In this document: piece after piece, positions 30,839 to 40,306 of the stretch
Layout of the letters: each line of letters begins with the position of its first letter
Numbering within the stretch: the first letter of the stretch is position 1
Assembly: GCA_964637185.1 (NCBI GenBank)
Contig: CAZWVB010000001.1
Span: forward strand, 68,539 to 132,538
Length of the DNA stretch: 64,000 nucleotides
From: an uncultured Candidatus Saccharibacteria bacterium
GTDB taxonomy: Bacteria > Patescibacteriota > Saccharimonadia > CAILAD01 > BJGX01
Reading direction: 5' to 3'
Program-made: the position numbers and the translations under genes
Notes under the pieces: generated by a model
The model's database searches: none
What the model saw: only the letters and a program-made list of their open reading frames with translations
Told to the model about the DNA's origin: nothing

Positions 30839-32557
30839 ATGTGGAAGTATCTCAAGTTTCGTCTACGTAGGCGTAGTCGGCGTTTGCGTCAAAATATGCG
30901 GCTGTGGCGACTTTGGCTGCTACATTATCTGCAAAGACATATTTATGGTAGTTGGCAAAAATTGGGTCAGTTGAGATGGCCGTTTTTGGTTTGGATATTG
31001 ATAATATTGATTAGTTTTATTGGGTTGATCAGCACGATCAACGGCTATGACAATATATATCTAGCTGATGCGCCTGCCCACGGCGGCAACTACATAGAAG
31101 GTATGGTTGGCAGTGGAGAGGTTATCAATCCGATTTATGCCCAATCGACTACTGAACAAGATTTGGAAACTTTGATATTTGCTGGCCTGACCAGGCAAAG
31201 CCCCAAAAATCAGCCAGAAGCTGACTTGGCCAAGAACTGGGAGATATCATCTGATCGTAAAACCTACACTTTCAATCTTCGGGATGGCCTGGTGTGGCAG
31301 GATGGTCAACCGCTGACTGCAGAAGACGTGGCATTTACGGTCGACGTTATTCAAGATCCAAATAGTAAAAGTCCTTTGGCGAATGATTGGAAGGGTGTGC
31401 GTTATGAGGTAGTAGGGCCCCAAACTATTCGCTTTACATTGCCCAATACCTTCAGCAATTTTCTCTACAATACCACTGTAGGTATTATCCCCAAACACTT
31501 GCTATCGAGTGTCAAACGTTCCAATCTAAGGCTCCATGAGTTCAGCCAAAATCCGGTTGGTAGTGGGCCCTATCAGTTTGATGGTAAATCAAGTGATGGC
31601 AAGACTATCAAGCTCAAGGCATTTGGACGTTATCACTTCGGCAGGCCCTACATTGAAAGTTTTCGTTATCGTCTATATGAAACAACTGATGATATGATCA
31701 GCGGCTATGCCAAATCTGAGATCCAAGGTATGGGCAAAGTCGATGCGCAATCACTGGACAAGCTACGTAGTATTGGTGGCCTTAACCTTTATCAACTCAA
31801 ACAACCGGCTTATGTGGCGGTATTCTTCAACACATCACGCGCCCCATACAACAATCCAGAGCTGAGACGGGCTATTACCCAGGCAACCAACCGGGGTGAG
31901 ATCATCGGCGATACTCTGCAGGGCACAGCTAGTCAGCAAACAGTGCCACTCGATGCTACGATGGCCGACCAGCCGCAAGGTATTGGTCTTGATACAGCCA
32001 CTGCTAAGGCGTCAATAGCCAAGCTGGGTGCTGGTCAGCAGACACTCAGGCTCACTACGGTCAGGGGTGGTAGCTACGAGCAAGTTGCCAGATCATTGCA
32101 ACGTCAGTGGCAGGACGCTGGCCTAAAAATTGATCTAGACTTGAGAAATGCCGACGACTTTGGCTCGAGCGTGCTTCGTTCGCGCAACTACGACATGGTG
32201 CTGTATGGCCAAAATGTGTCTAGTGGGGATGTGTACAGTTTTTGGCACTCAAGCCAGGCAGAAGATCCAGGCCTCAATCTTTCGGAGTACAAAAACACTG
32301 ATGCCGATCGTGCTATCGAAGCGGCCAGATTGTCGCAAGATCTTGATTACAAAAAACAAAAATACTCAGTGTTTGTAGCGCAGTGGTCCAAGGACGCACC
32401 GGCAGTTGTGTTGTATAGCCCATTTTACTATTATGCCCAAAGCAAACAAATACATGGCTTTGATCTGCATCAAATTACCAAACCCTCAGAAAGGTTTTAT
32501 GATGTGCAGCTCTGGTATATAAAAGCCATCAAACAACTGCGCGCAGTCGTTCAATAA
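30839..32557 (+). CDS. Peptide ABC transporter substrate-binding protein (family 5), TM-anchored
   Basis: DLAKNWEIS.D.KTYTF.LR, WQDGQPLTAEDV and PVGSGPY motifs. Confidence 0.88.
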   Translation: MWKYLKFRLRRRSRRLRQNMRLWRLWLLHYLQRHIYGSWQKLGQLRWPFLVWILIILISFIGLISTINGYDNIYLADAPAHGGNYIEGMVGSGEVINPIYAQSTTEQDLETLIFAGLTRQSPKNQPEADLAKNWEISSDRKTYTFNLRDGLVWQDGQPLTAEDVAFTVDVIQDPNSKSPLANDWKGVRYEVVGPQTIRFTLPNTFSNFLYNTTVGIIPKHLLSSVKRSNLRLHEFSQNPVGSGPYQFDGKSSDGKTIKLKAFGRYHFGRPYIESFRYRLYETTDDMISGYAKSEIQGMGKVDAQSLDKLRSIGGLNLYQLKQPAYVAVFFNTSRAPYNNPELRRAITQATNRGEIIGDTLQGTASQQTVPLDATMADQPQGIGLDTATAKASIAKLGAGQQTLRLTTVRGGSYEQVARSLQRQWQDAGLKIDLDLRNADDFGSSVLRSRNYDMVLYGQNVSSGDVYSFWHSSQAEDPGLNLSEYKNTDADRAIEAARLSQDLDYKKQKYSVFVAQWSKDAPAVVLYSPFYYYAQSKQIHGFDLHQITKPSERFYDVQLWYIKAIKQLRAVVQ

Positions 32558-32671
32558 TCTCTCCCAACTTTAAGCAAAGCTATGTTAACTTTGCGTACCA
32601 AACAAGAAAGCAGTACAAAAGTTGCAAAACAAATCAATAGCATTGTTTGTCAACTCAATCACTGCTTGACG

Positions 32672-32759
32672 TGGTACCGCGGAGAGGACTCGAACCTCCA
32701 CGAGCGCAATGCTCACTAGAACCTGAATCTAGCGTGTCTACCAATTCCACCACCGCGGC
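32672..32759 (-). tRNA. tRNA-Leu(CAG)
   Basis: Cloverleaf with long variable arm; CTAGA-TTCAGGT-TCTAG; CCA encoded. Confidence 0.95.
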
Positions 32760-32806
32760 GTGCGAATGGCTGCAATTATAACAAATATGAACTGGTAATT
32801 GTAGTA

Positions 32807-33673
32807 CTACTGCTTGGTGTAGAAGAAGTTGTATCCGTTGTCTACTCTTCGATCCCAAGTATAAGCATCTGATAGTAAGCACCATACACTATGATAACAA
32901 TTGACACCAGCGCGCTGGCTTTCGTAGCTAGCAGCTGCAGCATGCTCAAAATTATTGTTGGTACGCTGCAATTTTGCGCCATCCGGTATGCCAGATTTGG
33001 CACGCACACAGAAGCTGTCATTGACTGGTATGCCAAAACTAAAGCGTCCATCGGTGTCAGTGGTTGCAGTACGCTCACCACTACAAGTCTCGACTACAGC
33101 CCCACCAATAGGTGTGTTGTCGAGCGTAAGGCGGCCGCTTACCAGTACGTTGTAGCTACCTGAAGTGATGCCAAATGGGTTGGGTGGCGGCGTACTGACT
33201 TGACTGACCACTTGGCCAGCTGCGGTCGGGAGCTTGGTAGCACTATCGTCAAAACTGGCAGGTACTTCGGCGCCACGTATCCAGCAGCGATAGCTGGCAT
33301 TCCATGGTTGTGTGCCACGACGGGCAAATGTGTTGTAAAAAGCTTGATCTTGAACAGCCGGCGGTGCTTGGCGAGGATCGGGGTACTGTGCGGCCAGCTC
33401 TGGACCAACCGCGCCTTTCCAGGTGCCGCGATCAAACTGGTAAGCACCAAAATGTGTGCCATTACTGGCCTGATAATTGCCACCTGATTCGCATTGGGCG
33501 ATGCGCCCTCGCCAGTACTCGGCATTATCATTGAATACCGGTATGCCAGCAGCAAATATCTGGCGAATAAGAATAATGCCAACTACTAGAAGCGCCACTA
33601 CCAGCGTCCACATCAAGAATTTCGGTGTTTTGTGTGGCTGAATTTTTTGCAATGTTTTGGGCTTGTTTGCCAT
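32807..33673 (-). CDS. Exported Rpf-like (resuscitation-promoting factor) transglycosylase
   Basis: IAQCESGGNY, GAYQF..TW, QD and PW motifs; N-terminal leader resembling the shared family. Confidence 0.85.
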   Translation of the reverse strand: MANKPKTLQKIQPHKTPKFLMWTLVVALLVVGIILIRQIFAAGIPVFNDNAEYWRGRIAQCESGGNYQASNGTHFGAYQFDRGTWKGAVGPELAAQYPDPRQAPPAVQDQAFYNTFARRGTQPWNASYRCWIRGAEVPASFDDSATKLPTAAGQVVSQVSTPPPNPFGITSGSYNVLVSGRLTLDNTPIGGAVVETCSGERTATTDTDGRFSFGIPVNDSFCVRAKSGIPDGAKLQRTNNNFEHAAAASYESQRAGVNCYHSVWCLLSDAYTWDRRVDNGYNFFYTKQ

Positions 33674-33754
33674 AACTACTATCTATTAGCCTAACTGGTT
33701 TGAGCTATAAGATCAAGTTTTGATCAAATCTGATAAAGTTGTTATGCTATTAGT

Positions 33755-35389
33755 ATGAGTAAATATCTCAAGGATTTGGCCAGTCAACTTAGTGGTGAGG
33801 TCAGTGTGGCTGACAGTACGCGCAAATATTTCTCCACTGATGGTAGTGTGTTCACTACTAAGCCGTCCGTTGTGGTATATCCACGTAATGAGATCGATGT
33901 GGTCAATACTGTAAAGTATTTGTATTGGCATGCCCAGGAGGGCAATCCTATCGGGCTAACCGCTCGCGGCAAAGGCACTGACCAGGGTGGTGGCGCACTT
34001 GGCGATGGTGTGATGATGGTTTTTCCTGCCCACATGAAGAAGCTTGTGAAGATAGATAGGGGGTCAGTGACAGTACAGCCAGGTATGATCTATGCTAGCT
34101 TGCAACAAGTGTTGCATAGCCATGGTAGGTTTTTGCCACCCTATCCGGCTAGTATAGATTTCTGCACGGTAGGTGGAGCTGTTGCCAACAACGCGGCTGG
34201 TGAAAAGACGGTCAAATACGGTGCGACCCGCAGTTGGGTAGCTGGTCTCAAAGTAGTGTTGAGCAATGGTGACATTATACAGACTCGCCGTCTCAACAAA
34301 AAAGAGCTCAAACAAAAACAAGCCCAGGCTGATTTTGAAGGCCATTTATATCGAGAGGTAGATAGACTTGTTACCGACAACTGGCATACTATCAATGATC
34401 ATAAACTTACTGTCAGCAAGAATTCCGCCGGCTACGATATCTGGGACGTCAAACGCAGTGACGGCAGTTTTGACTTAGGCCAACTTATTGTCGGCTCGCA
34501 AGGCACACTAGGTGTGGTGACCGAGATCACATTTGGTACCGCACCATACAATTCACACACAACACTTTTGGCTGGCTATTTTGATAGTATTCACAAGGCC
34601 CAGGAGGCAGTGCAGCAGATCATGCCGCTAGGCCCGAGTGCGCTCGAGGTGGTCGACCATCATCTGCTAGAATTCTTGCAAAAGAACAAGCCGGAGCAAC
34701 TCAACGGGTTGGTGTCTGAGCCATTTCCACAGATCATACTGCTATGTGAGTTTGATGATCTCAAGCCCAAACAACAAGCCAATAAGGCCAAAAAAGTGCA
34801 AGCTATCTATAGCAAGTATGCTCATAACCAGCGCGTAGCCGTAGATCAGACTCAAGAAGATCAGTTGTGGCGAGTGCGTCGTGGTGCTGCTGCCGTGATC
34901 TGGACTATTGATAGTCCCAAGAAGGCACTGCCAATCATCGAGGATGGGGCGGTACCGGTGGCCAAACTGGGCGAGCTGTTGCAGGCGGCCGACAAATTGT
35001 TCGCACGCTACAAAGTCGAGGTAGCTATATGGGGCCATGCTGGCGACGGCCATCTGCATATCCAACCGTTTTTGGACCTGAGCAATCTACGTGATCGAGC
35101 CAAACTGTTTGAGCTGACCGATGATTTTTACAAGCTGATCATCAAGCTAGGTGGCACCACTTGTGGCGAACACAATGATGGTATCATGCGCGCACCTTAC
35201 CTCAAGGATCTATATGGCGCCAAGATATATAGCATTTTTGAACAGATCAAAGAGTTGTTTGACCCGCTTGGGTTTATGAATCCCGGCGTCAAGCTACATG
35301 TGACTCGCGAAGAAGCGATGATGAAGCTGCGCCGTGAGTACTCCATGAAGCATTTGCATGACCAGCTACCTGCCAGCTACAATCACTGA
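33755..35389 (+). CDS. FAD-linked oxidase (GlcD/D-lactate dehydrogenase family)
   Basis: RGKGT, GSQGTLG, GHAGDGHLH, GEHNDG and FDP..MNPG motifs. Confidence 0.88.
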   Translation: MSKYLKDLASQLSGEVSVADSTRKYFSTDGSVFTTKPSVVVYPRNEIDVVNTVKYLYWHAQEGNPIGLTARGKGTDQGGGALGDGVMMVFPAHMKKLVKIDRGSVTVQPGMIYASLQQVLHSHGRFLPPYPASIDFCTVGGAVANNAAGEKTVKYGATRSWVAGLKVVLSNGDIIQTRRLNKKELKQKQAQADFEGHLYREVDRLVTDNWHTINDHKLTVSKNSAGYDIWDVKRSDGSFDLGQLIVGSQGTLGVVTEITFGTAPYNSHTTLLAGYFDSIHKAQEAVQQIMPLGPSALEVVDHHLLEFLQKNKPEQLNGLVSEPFPQIILLCEFDDLKPKQQANKAKKVQAIYSKYAHNQRVAVDQTQEDQLWRVRRGAAAVIWTIDSPKKALPIIEDGAVPVAKLGELLQAADKLFARYKVEVAIWGHAGDGHLHIQPFLDLSNLRDRAKLFELTDDFYKLIIKLGGTTCGEHNDGIMRAPYLKDLYGAKIYSIFEQIKELFDPLGFMNPGVKLHVTREEAMMKLRREYSMKHLHDQLPASYNH

Positions 35390-35438
35390 TCTAGAAAATA
35401 AGATCGTTTTTTGTTAAAATAGTCAAGTTCTAAACACT

Positions 35439-35699
35439 TCATGCGGACGTGGTGGAATTGGTAGACACGCTAGCTGTCGAGTGCCAACGAGCATCAATGT
35501 GAGGCTAGAACTAGCCCCTCATGTATTGGGGAGCTAAAATAATCTCACTATCATGCGGACGTGGTGGAATTGGTAGACACGCTAGCTGTCGAGTGCCAAC
35601 GAGCATCAATGTGAGGCTAGAACTAGCCCCTCATGTATTGGGGAGCTAAAATAATCTCACTATCATGCGGACGTGGTGGAATTGGTAGACACGCTAGCT
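35439..35699 (+). repeat. 112-bp tandem repeat containing the tRNA-Leu 5' half (2 full units plus a third 37-bp copy)
   Basis: tcatgcggacgtggtggaattggtagacacgctagct at 35439, 35551 and 35663 with identical 75-bp spacers. Confidence 0.92.
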
Positions 35700-35757
35700 T
35701 GAGGGGCTAGTGCCTAATATATCAGGCGTGGAGGTTCGAGTCCTCTCGTCCGCACCA
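35667..35757 (+). tRNA. tRNA-Leu(GAG)
   Basis: CTAGC-TTGAGGG-GCTAG, GGTTCGAGTCC and CCA. Confidence 0.95.
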
Positions 35758-35763
35758 GCAATT

Positions 35764-36159
35764 ATGAATATTATTACAGAAGTCAAAAAGTTAAAGCTCG
35801 AGCCAGATCAGTATATTGTGATCGGAAGTGGCATCTTGTCGGCTTTGGGTATTCGTGCAACTGATGATGTGGATTTAGTAGTCAGCCAGACAATTTACGA
35901 TTATTACAAAAAACAAGGCTGGTCCGAGAAGAAATGGCCAATGGGCGAGCCAACTGTTGCCAATGGTATTTACGAAATGGGTACTGATTGGGGAGACGAT
36001 ACCAACATATACCATCTGGCTGATTTGCTCAGAAACAAACAAGTTGTAGAAGGAGTGAATTTCGTAAGCCTTGATTTTTTAAAAAAATGGAAACTTGCAA
36101 AGGGCCGTAGCAAGGATTTGGCTGACGTTAAGCTGATTGATGATTACTTAGTATCTTAG
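35764..36159 (+). CDS. Small nucleotidyltransferase-fold-like hypothetical protein
   Basis: IGSG.L...GIR.T.DVDL and K...GR.KD..D patterns. Confidence 0.65.
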   Translation: MNIITEVKKLKLEPDQYIVIGSGILSALGIRATDDVDLVVSQTIYDYYKKQGWSEKKWPMGEPTVANGIYEMGTDWGDDTNIYHLADLLRNKQVVEGVNFVSLDFLKKWKLAKGRSKDLADVKLIDDYLVS

Positions 36160-36979
36160 CTGCCGCAACAACATTTTGGAGTAGACTTACCACTGTCACA
36201 GGTCCGACTCCGCCGGGGACTTTGGCTAGCCGTGATGGTTTGTCGCCAACACTCTCATAATCCACATCGCCGGTGAGTTTGCCATTGATCTCGACTATAC
36301 CGACATCGAGTACTACGGCACCTGTTTTGACATGGTCGGTTTTGATAAGGCCTGGCTGACCAGCCGCGCTGATCAACACATCGGCCCGCGATGTGATTTT
36401 GGCAAGATCCTCGGTGGTGATGTCGCAGACCTCGACGTCAAGCTGCTTATTGCGCAGTATGATACTCAGTGGCATCCCCACCATCTTGCCGTGGCCCACT
36501 AGCACAATCTTCTTGCCAGGCAGATCGATAACGGTCTGCTCCAGCACGGTCAAAATGGCCAGAGGTGTGGCTGGTATTAGTACTGGTTGGTTGTCGCGTA
36601 GCGCCTGCAGGCTGGCTTGGCTCAGGCCATCAACATCTTTGTGGATCGGTATGAGATCGAGCAGCATCTGAGGATCGTACCAGCCGCTCAGTGGTAGCTG
36701 CACTATTATGCCATGTACATCGGCTCTGGCGGCCAATTCGCGCATCAGCCGCAGACAGTCATCTTGCATGTTGTCACTCCAGTCGTGTAGCTCAACTGCC
36801 ACGCCAATCTGTTCAGCCCTTTTCTGTTTGAGCCGGATATATACCTCAGAGCGCTCGTCTGGCCGATAGGTAACAATAGCCAGTTTGGGTATAATGCCAG
36901 AAGTTTTTAGCTTTACAATATCTTGTGCTAGACTATCGGCTATCTGCTCGGCGATGTTTTTGCCATCAATTATTTTCAT
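36128..36979 (-). CDS. folD: Methylenetetrahydrofolate dehydrogenase/cyclohydrolase
   Basis: GIIVQLPL, KDVDG, PATP and VPGGVGP motifs. Confidence 0.95.
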   Translation of the reverse strand: MKIIDGKNIAEQIADSLAQDIVKLKTSGIIPKLAIVTYRPDERSEVYIRLKQKRAEQIGVAVELHDWSDNMQDDCLRLMRELAARADVHGIIVQLPLSGWYDPQMLLDLIPIHKDVDGLSQASLQALRDNQPVLIPATPLAILTVLEQTVIDLPGKKIVLVGHGKMVGMPLSIILRNKQLDVEVCDITTEDLAKITSRADVLISAAGQPGLIKTDHVKTGAVVLDVGIVEINGKLTGDVDYESVGDKPSRLAKVPGGVGPVTVVSLLQNVVAAAKILSNHQSA

Positions 36980-37068
36980 AGCCATATTCTAACAGATATT
37001 GCCATAAAGCTGCCTATCTGCTATAACAGTTACACTTCTTTTACAACTTAGTCGATCCTGGAGGGGAC

Positions 37069-37596
37069 ATGACAGGTAGCAATATCGTTGCGGTAGTGGT
37101 GGGTGGAGAAAGTATGCACTTTCGCATCCCCACAGACAAGGACTACGAAGCTCTGGTGCGCTGTGATGAGATCGGCAGCAGGCTGTTCGAGATCTTGCCC
37201 GAATCGGAGGCCGAAGAACTGCTGCGCAGCATGCTGATGGTGTTGCGCAAACGGTTCGTGGACCTCAATCCCGACCCGCTCGATCGGATCATCGGCGTGT
37301 CAGCTCACGAGCGACTGCATGAGTACCACCTGCGAACTGAAGCTGCCGAGGCAGAGGCAGACGAGTTGCGTCGACAGTTGAGCTGCGCCAACAACCAGCT
37401 CGTACAGTGTCGTCAGTTCCTGCGTTCGCTGCGGGAACTCGCCAAGGTGCATGATCTGCGCGCTGCCCTCAAGGTCCTGCATGGGTTCAAACCCAATCAG
37501 GATCCGAAGTGGCAAGCCACTGACAAGCTCAACCAGTTCTGTGCGGAGCTGCGGGTGCGTATCGGCGATCAGCTGCCGAAATTGCTGGGTGAATAA
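37069..37596 (+). CDS. GC-rich orphan coiled-coil protein
   Basis: GGAGG SD; TTGCCA-17-TATAAC promoter. Confidence 0.7.
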   Translation: MTGSNIVAVVVGGESMHFRIPTDKDYEALVRCDEIGSRLFEILPESEAEELLRSMLMVLRKRFVDLNPDPLDRIIGVSAHERLHEYHLRTEAAEAEADELRRQLSCANNQLVQCRQFLRSLRELAKVHDLRAALKVLHGFKPNQDPKWQATDKLNQFCAELRVRIGDQLPKLLGE

Positions 37597-37602
37597 GAAG
37601 CT

Positions 37603-37634
37603 GGGGCTGGGCGATCATGTGATTGCCCAGCCCC
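37603..37634 (+). terminator. GC-rich 3' hairpin
   Basis: ggggctgggcgatca/tgattgcccagcccc. Confidence 0.6.
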
Positions 37635-37646
37635 GAGTCGTATTTA

Positions 37647-38753
37647 TTACATCATAGCTTGTATGTTTGGGTGGGCCCGTTTGGCTTGTGGACCGAGCAT
37701 ATCAATTTTGTCTTCCAGGCCTAAGTAGCCCGCCAGCCAATTGATAGTCCTGACATAGTTAATCGCATTTAGTATCACATTACTATCGCCTGGGTTTAGC
37801 TCGCGACCCAGCACAATTTCCTCAAGTCGGTTGCTGGCGTCTTCTACCAATTTTGCTCTCATGGATATGGCATCTGGCATTTGATAATCCCAATTCCCAT
37901 GTTCGTCTTTAGTAAAATACACGTTGTCTCCGCCAACGATGTCTAGACCATCACCGGTTTCTTTCGTGTAGGCAATGGCCTTCTTCACAAATTCACCAAT
38001 TGTCTTTTTTAGCTGCTCGTCACGATCTATACGGCCAATCTGCTCAGTTAGCATGGGATACATTTGTAGGAATTCTTCTTTGGATAAATCCTTAGGGTTG
38101 CCGTAAATAAGTGTTTCATTGGCTTTGTCAATAAGAGTACTATCAACTCCTCGCTTTTCGGGATAGCCTCCTGCCAAACCAACTTTTGTGTCACTATCCT
38201 CTGAAATTTCCAGGCGTTTTTGTAGACTTACCAAAGCGGTTACTTTTTCTGGCAACCTATCGTACGTTTGGTCCAGCTTGAGGCTATCAACTAACTGTTT
38301 GGAAATTGGTATGTCAAGAACAAAGCGTTTGGTGTTGGGTATGTGCTCCTTGCCAAAGTAGTGGCCCAACTGAGCCAGACGCAGTTGCTCACGGGCTGCT
38401 AGCTGGCGTTGGAGCTGTGGTGTTAGCTCAAAACCGGGCTGGGCTGTTTGATCAGTGAGCCCAGGTATGTCTAGCTGATTGGCGTTCTCTAGTGCATTGG
38501 TGATAGAGAATATATTTGCCTTGGCTACAAGCTGAGGATGATCTGGAATAGAGAATACCACGTGCTCACCACCCTTGCCTAGGAATTGCAGACTATATCT
38601 GTCAAGATCTGATTCAGCTACTTCTCCGTGCGGGCGATCTGGGTGTTCTACAGGTACATCTGGTTTAACTTTGTTAAGCTCTTCTACAAACTGTTCGCCA
38701 AAGCTCTTCTCGCTGCTTGGCGAAGGCTTGGATTGTTCTGGAGTATTGCTCAT
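37647..38753 (-). CDS. Hypothetical protein, possible atypical kinase-like fold
   Basis: LGKGGEHVVF..LVAK and LDIVGGDNV..PD motifs. Confidence 0.55.
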   Translation of the reverse strand: MSNTPEQSKPSPSSEKSFGEQFVEELNKVKPDVPVEHPDRPHGEVAESDLDRYSLQFLGKGGEHVVFSIPDHPQLVAKANIFSITNALENANQLDIPGLTDQTAQPGFELTPQLQRQLAAREQLRLAQLGHYFGKEHIPNTKRFVLDIPISKQLVDSLKLDQTYDRLPEKVTALVSLQKRLEISEDSDTKVGLAGGYPEKRGVDSTLIDKANETLIYGNPKDLSKEEFLQMYPMLTEQIGRIDRDEQLKKTIGEFVKKAIAYTKETGDGLDIVGGDNVYFTKDEHGNWDYQMPDAISMRAKLVEDASNRLEEIVLGRELNPGDSNVILNAINYVRTINWLAGYLGLEDKIDMLGPQAKRAHPNIQAMM

Positions 38754-38767
38754 AATCTAAATAATTT

Positions 38768-38853
38768 TGGTGGGCGAGGTGGGACTCGAACCCACAAGCC
38801 GTAATGGCAACGGATTTTAAGTCCGTCGTGTATACCAATTCCACCACTCGCCC
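38768..38853 (-). tRNA. tRNA-Leu(TAA)
   Basis: ACGGA-CTTAAAA-TCCGT, long variable arm, CCA. Confidence 0.95.
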
Positions 38854-38935
38854 GCGGCGGTTTGCTATCTGATATTGTATCGTATCCGGGCCAGTTCTGC
38901 TACAATTAAGCCAAATCATTATATAGGAGGAAATT

Positions 38936-39529
38936 ATGCCAGCACCAGGTGAAACTATTGCACCTCAGCCAGATCACAAAGAGGAACCCGCGACTCCATC
39001 AGCTCCAGAAGCTGCCGCACCAGAACCAGCACCTACGACAGAAGCTGTCAGCCCGTTAGATGTAAAACCAAAAGCTCCAGTTGAAGAGCCACATCGTATG
39101 GGGCCATCACCTGCTGAGCGTGGCGTGCCGCAGGATACTTTGCAGCCTACACCAGACCCGCGTATAGAGGGGGTGTCAGCAGCTGACCAGACTGCCGATC
39201 AGGCGCCCGATAAGCAGGTAGAAGCTCAGCCAGAACACAAATCATTCTGGCAGAAGATCAAAGATGCTTTCAAAGGCAAACCCAAGGAAGATAAAGGGCC
39301 AGCTGTGCCCAAAGATGTGGTTAACACAGGTATGAGCCCTAGCGCAGGGGTTGGTGAGCAAGATGCCGCCCGCAAAGCTGCTCTAAATGCCCAGGCTGAT
39401 AGCGCTGACACCCTAGGCTTACCACGCGTAATGACCAAGGCCGAAAGTCAGCGGTTGCCTCATGGCGACCAGGCGGGTGGTCCGGCCACAGTGGAAACTC
39501 CTGAAGAAGACCTAAAGAAAGTAGCCTAG
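38936..39529 (+). CDS. P/A/E-rich disordered protein
   Basis: AGGAGG SD and terminator downstream. Confidence 0.7.
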   Translation: MPAPGETIAPQPDHKEEPATPSAPEAAAPEPAPTTEAVSPLDVKPKAPVEEPHRMGPSPAERGVPQDTLQPTPDPRIEGVSAADQTADQAPDKQVEAQPEHKSFWQKIKDAFKGKPKEDKGPAVPKDVVNTGMSPSAGVGEQDAARKAALNAQADSADTLGLPRVMTKAESQRLPHGDQAGGPATVETPEEDLKKVA

Positions 39530-39545
39530 CTTAGCTACTAAATAA

Positions 39546-39572
39546 TAAAAAGAGCCCTGATGGGCTCTTTTT
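39546..39572. terminator. Bidirectional intrinsic terminator
   Basis: aaaaagagccc-tgat-gggctcttttt. Confidence 0.85.
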
Positions 39573-39590
39573 ATGTATCTAATCATGACA

Positions 39591-39667
39591 TGGTGGGCGA
39601 TGTAGGACTCGAACCTACGACCTCCTCGGTGTAAACGAGATGCTCTAGCCAACTGAGCTAATCGCCC
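39591..39667 (-). tRNA. tRNA-Val(TAC)
   Basis: Anticodon loop TTTACAC; CCA. Confidence 0.95.
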
Positions 39668-39786
39668 ATGAAATGGGGAAAGGGTACCCGCAAAAGTTCA
39701 TACTTTTGTGGGGGAAGGAAGATTGCTTTAAAGGTGTTAAAAATAAATCTTTGATTTGTTTTACTTACCGTAGCAGCGATCTGACG

Positions 39787-39863
39787 TGGTGGATGATACA
39801 GGACTCGAACCTGTGACCTCTGCAATGTGAATGCAGCGCTCTAGCCAACTGAGCTAATCATCC
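39787..39863 (-). tRNA. tRNA-Val(CAC)
   Basis: CTGCA-TTCACAT-TGCAG; CCA. Confidence 0.95.
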
Positions 39864-39952
39864 GCCTACGCAAGGCTACGGCGGACAAGTCCTCTTCCAT
39901 GGCTAACGCGATCCAACTTAAATGTCTTGCCATTCGTAGCTTTAGCGAAGAA

Positions 39953-40029
39953 TGGTGCGGGTAGTGGGACTCTAACCCACGGCCTCGTCCTTGGCAAGGA
40001 CGCGCTCTAAACAACTGAGCTATACCCGC
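39953..40029 (-). tRNA. tRNA-Gly(GCC)
   Basis: CGTCC-TTGCCAA-GGACG; atypical D and T loops. Confidence 0.9.
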
Positions 40030-40030
40030 A

Positions 40031-40106
40031 TGGTGGCACCTGCTGGAATCGAACCAGCGACGCATGGCTCTTCAGGCCATCGCTCTACCAACTGAGCTAA
40101 GGTGCC
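40031..40106 (-). tRNA. tRNA-Phe(GAA)
   Basis: ATGGC-CTGAAGA-GCCAT; CCA. Confidence 0.95.
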
Positions 40107-40216
40107 TTATTTTCAACAAACTTTGTCTAAATAACGGGATATATCATACCAAATATTGAGCAAATTTTCTATACCTTTTCAGATATGGCTATGAGCAGCT
40201 ATAATATATGGGATGA

Positions 40217-40290
40217 GGCGCGTTGGCCGAGTGGTTAGGCAAAGGTCTGCAAAACCTTTTACACCGGTTCGACTCCGGTACGCGCCTCCA
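40217..40290 (+). tRNA. tRNA-Cys(GCA)
   Basis: AAGGT-CTGCAAA-ACCTT; U73-CCA. Confidence 0.95.
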
Positions 40291-40306
40291 TGTATAATTA
40301 CACAAG

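Noticed and set aside
35439-35699. CRISPR array
   Set aside because: The repeat is a tRNA 5' half, the spacers are identical and 75 bp long, and there are no cas genes
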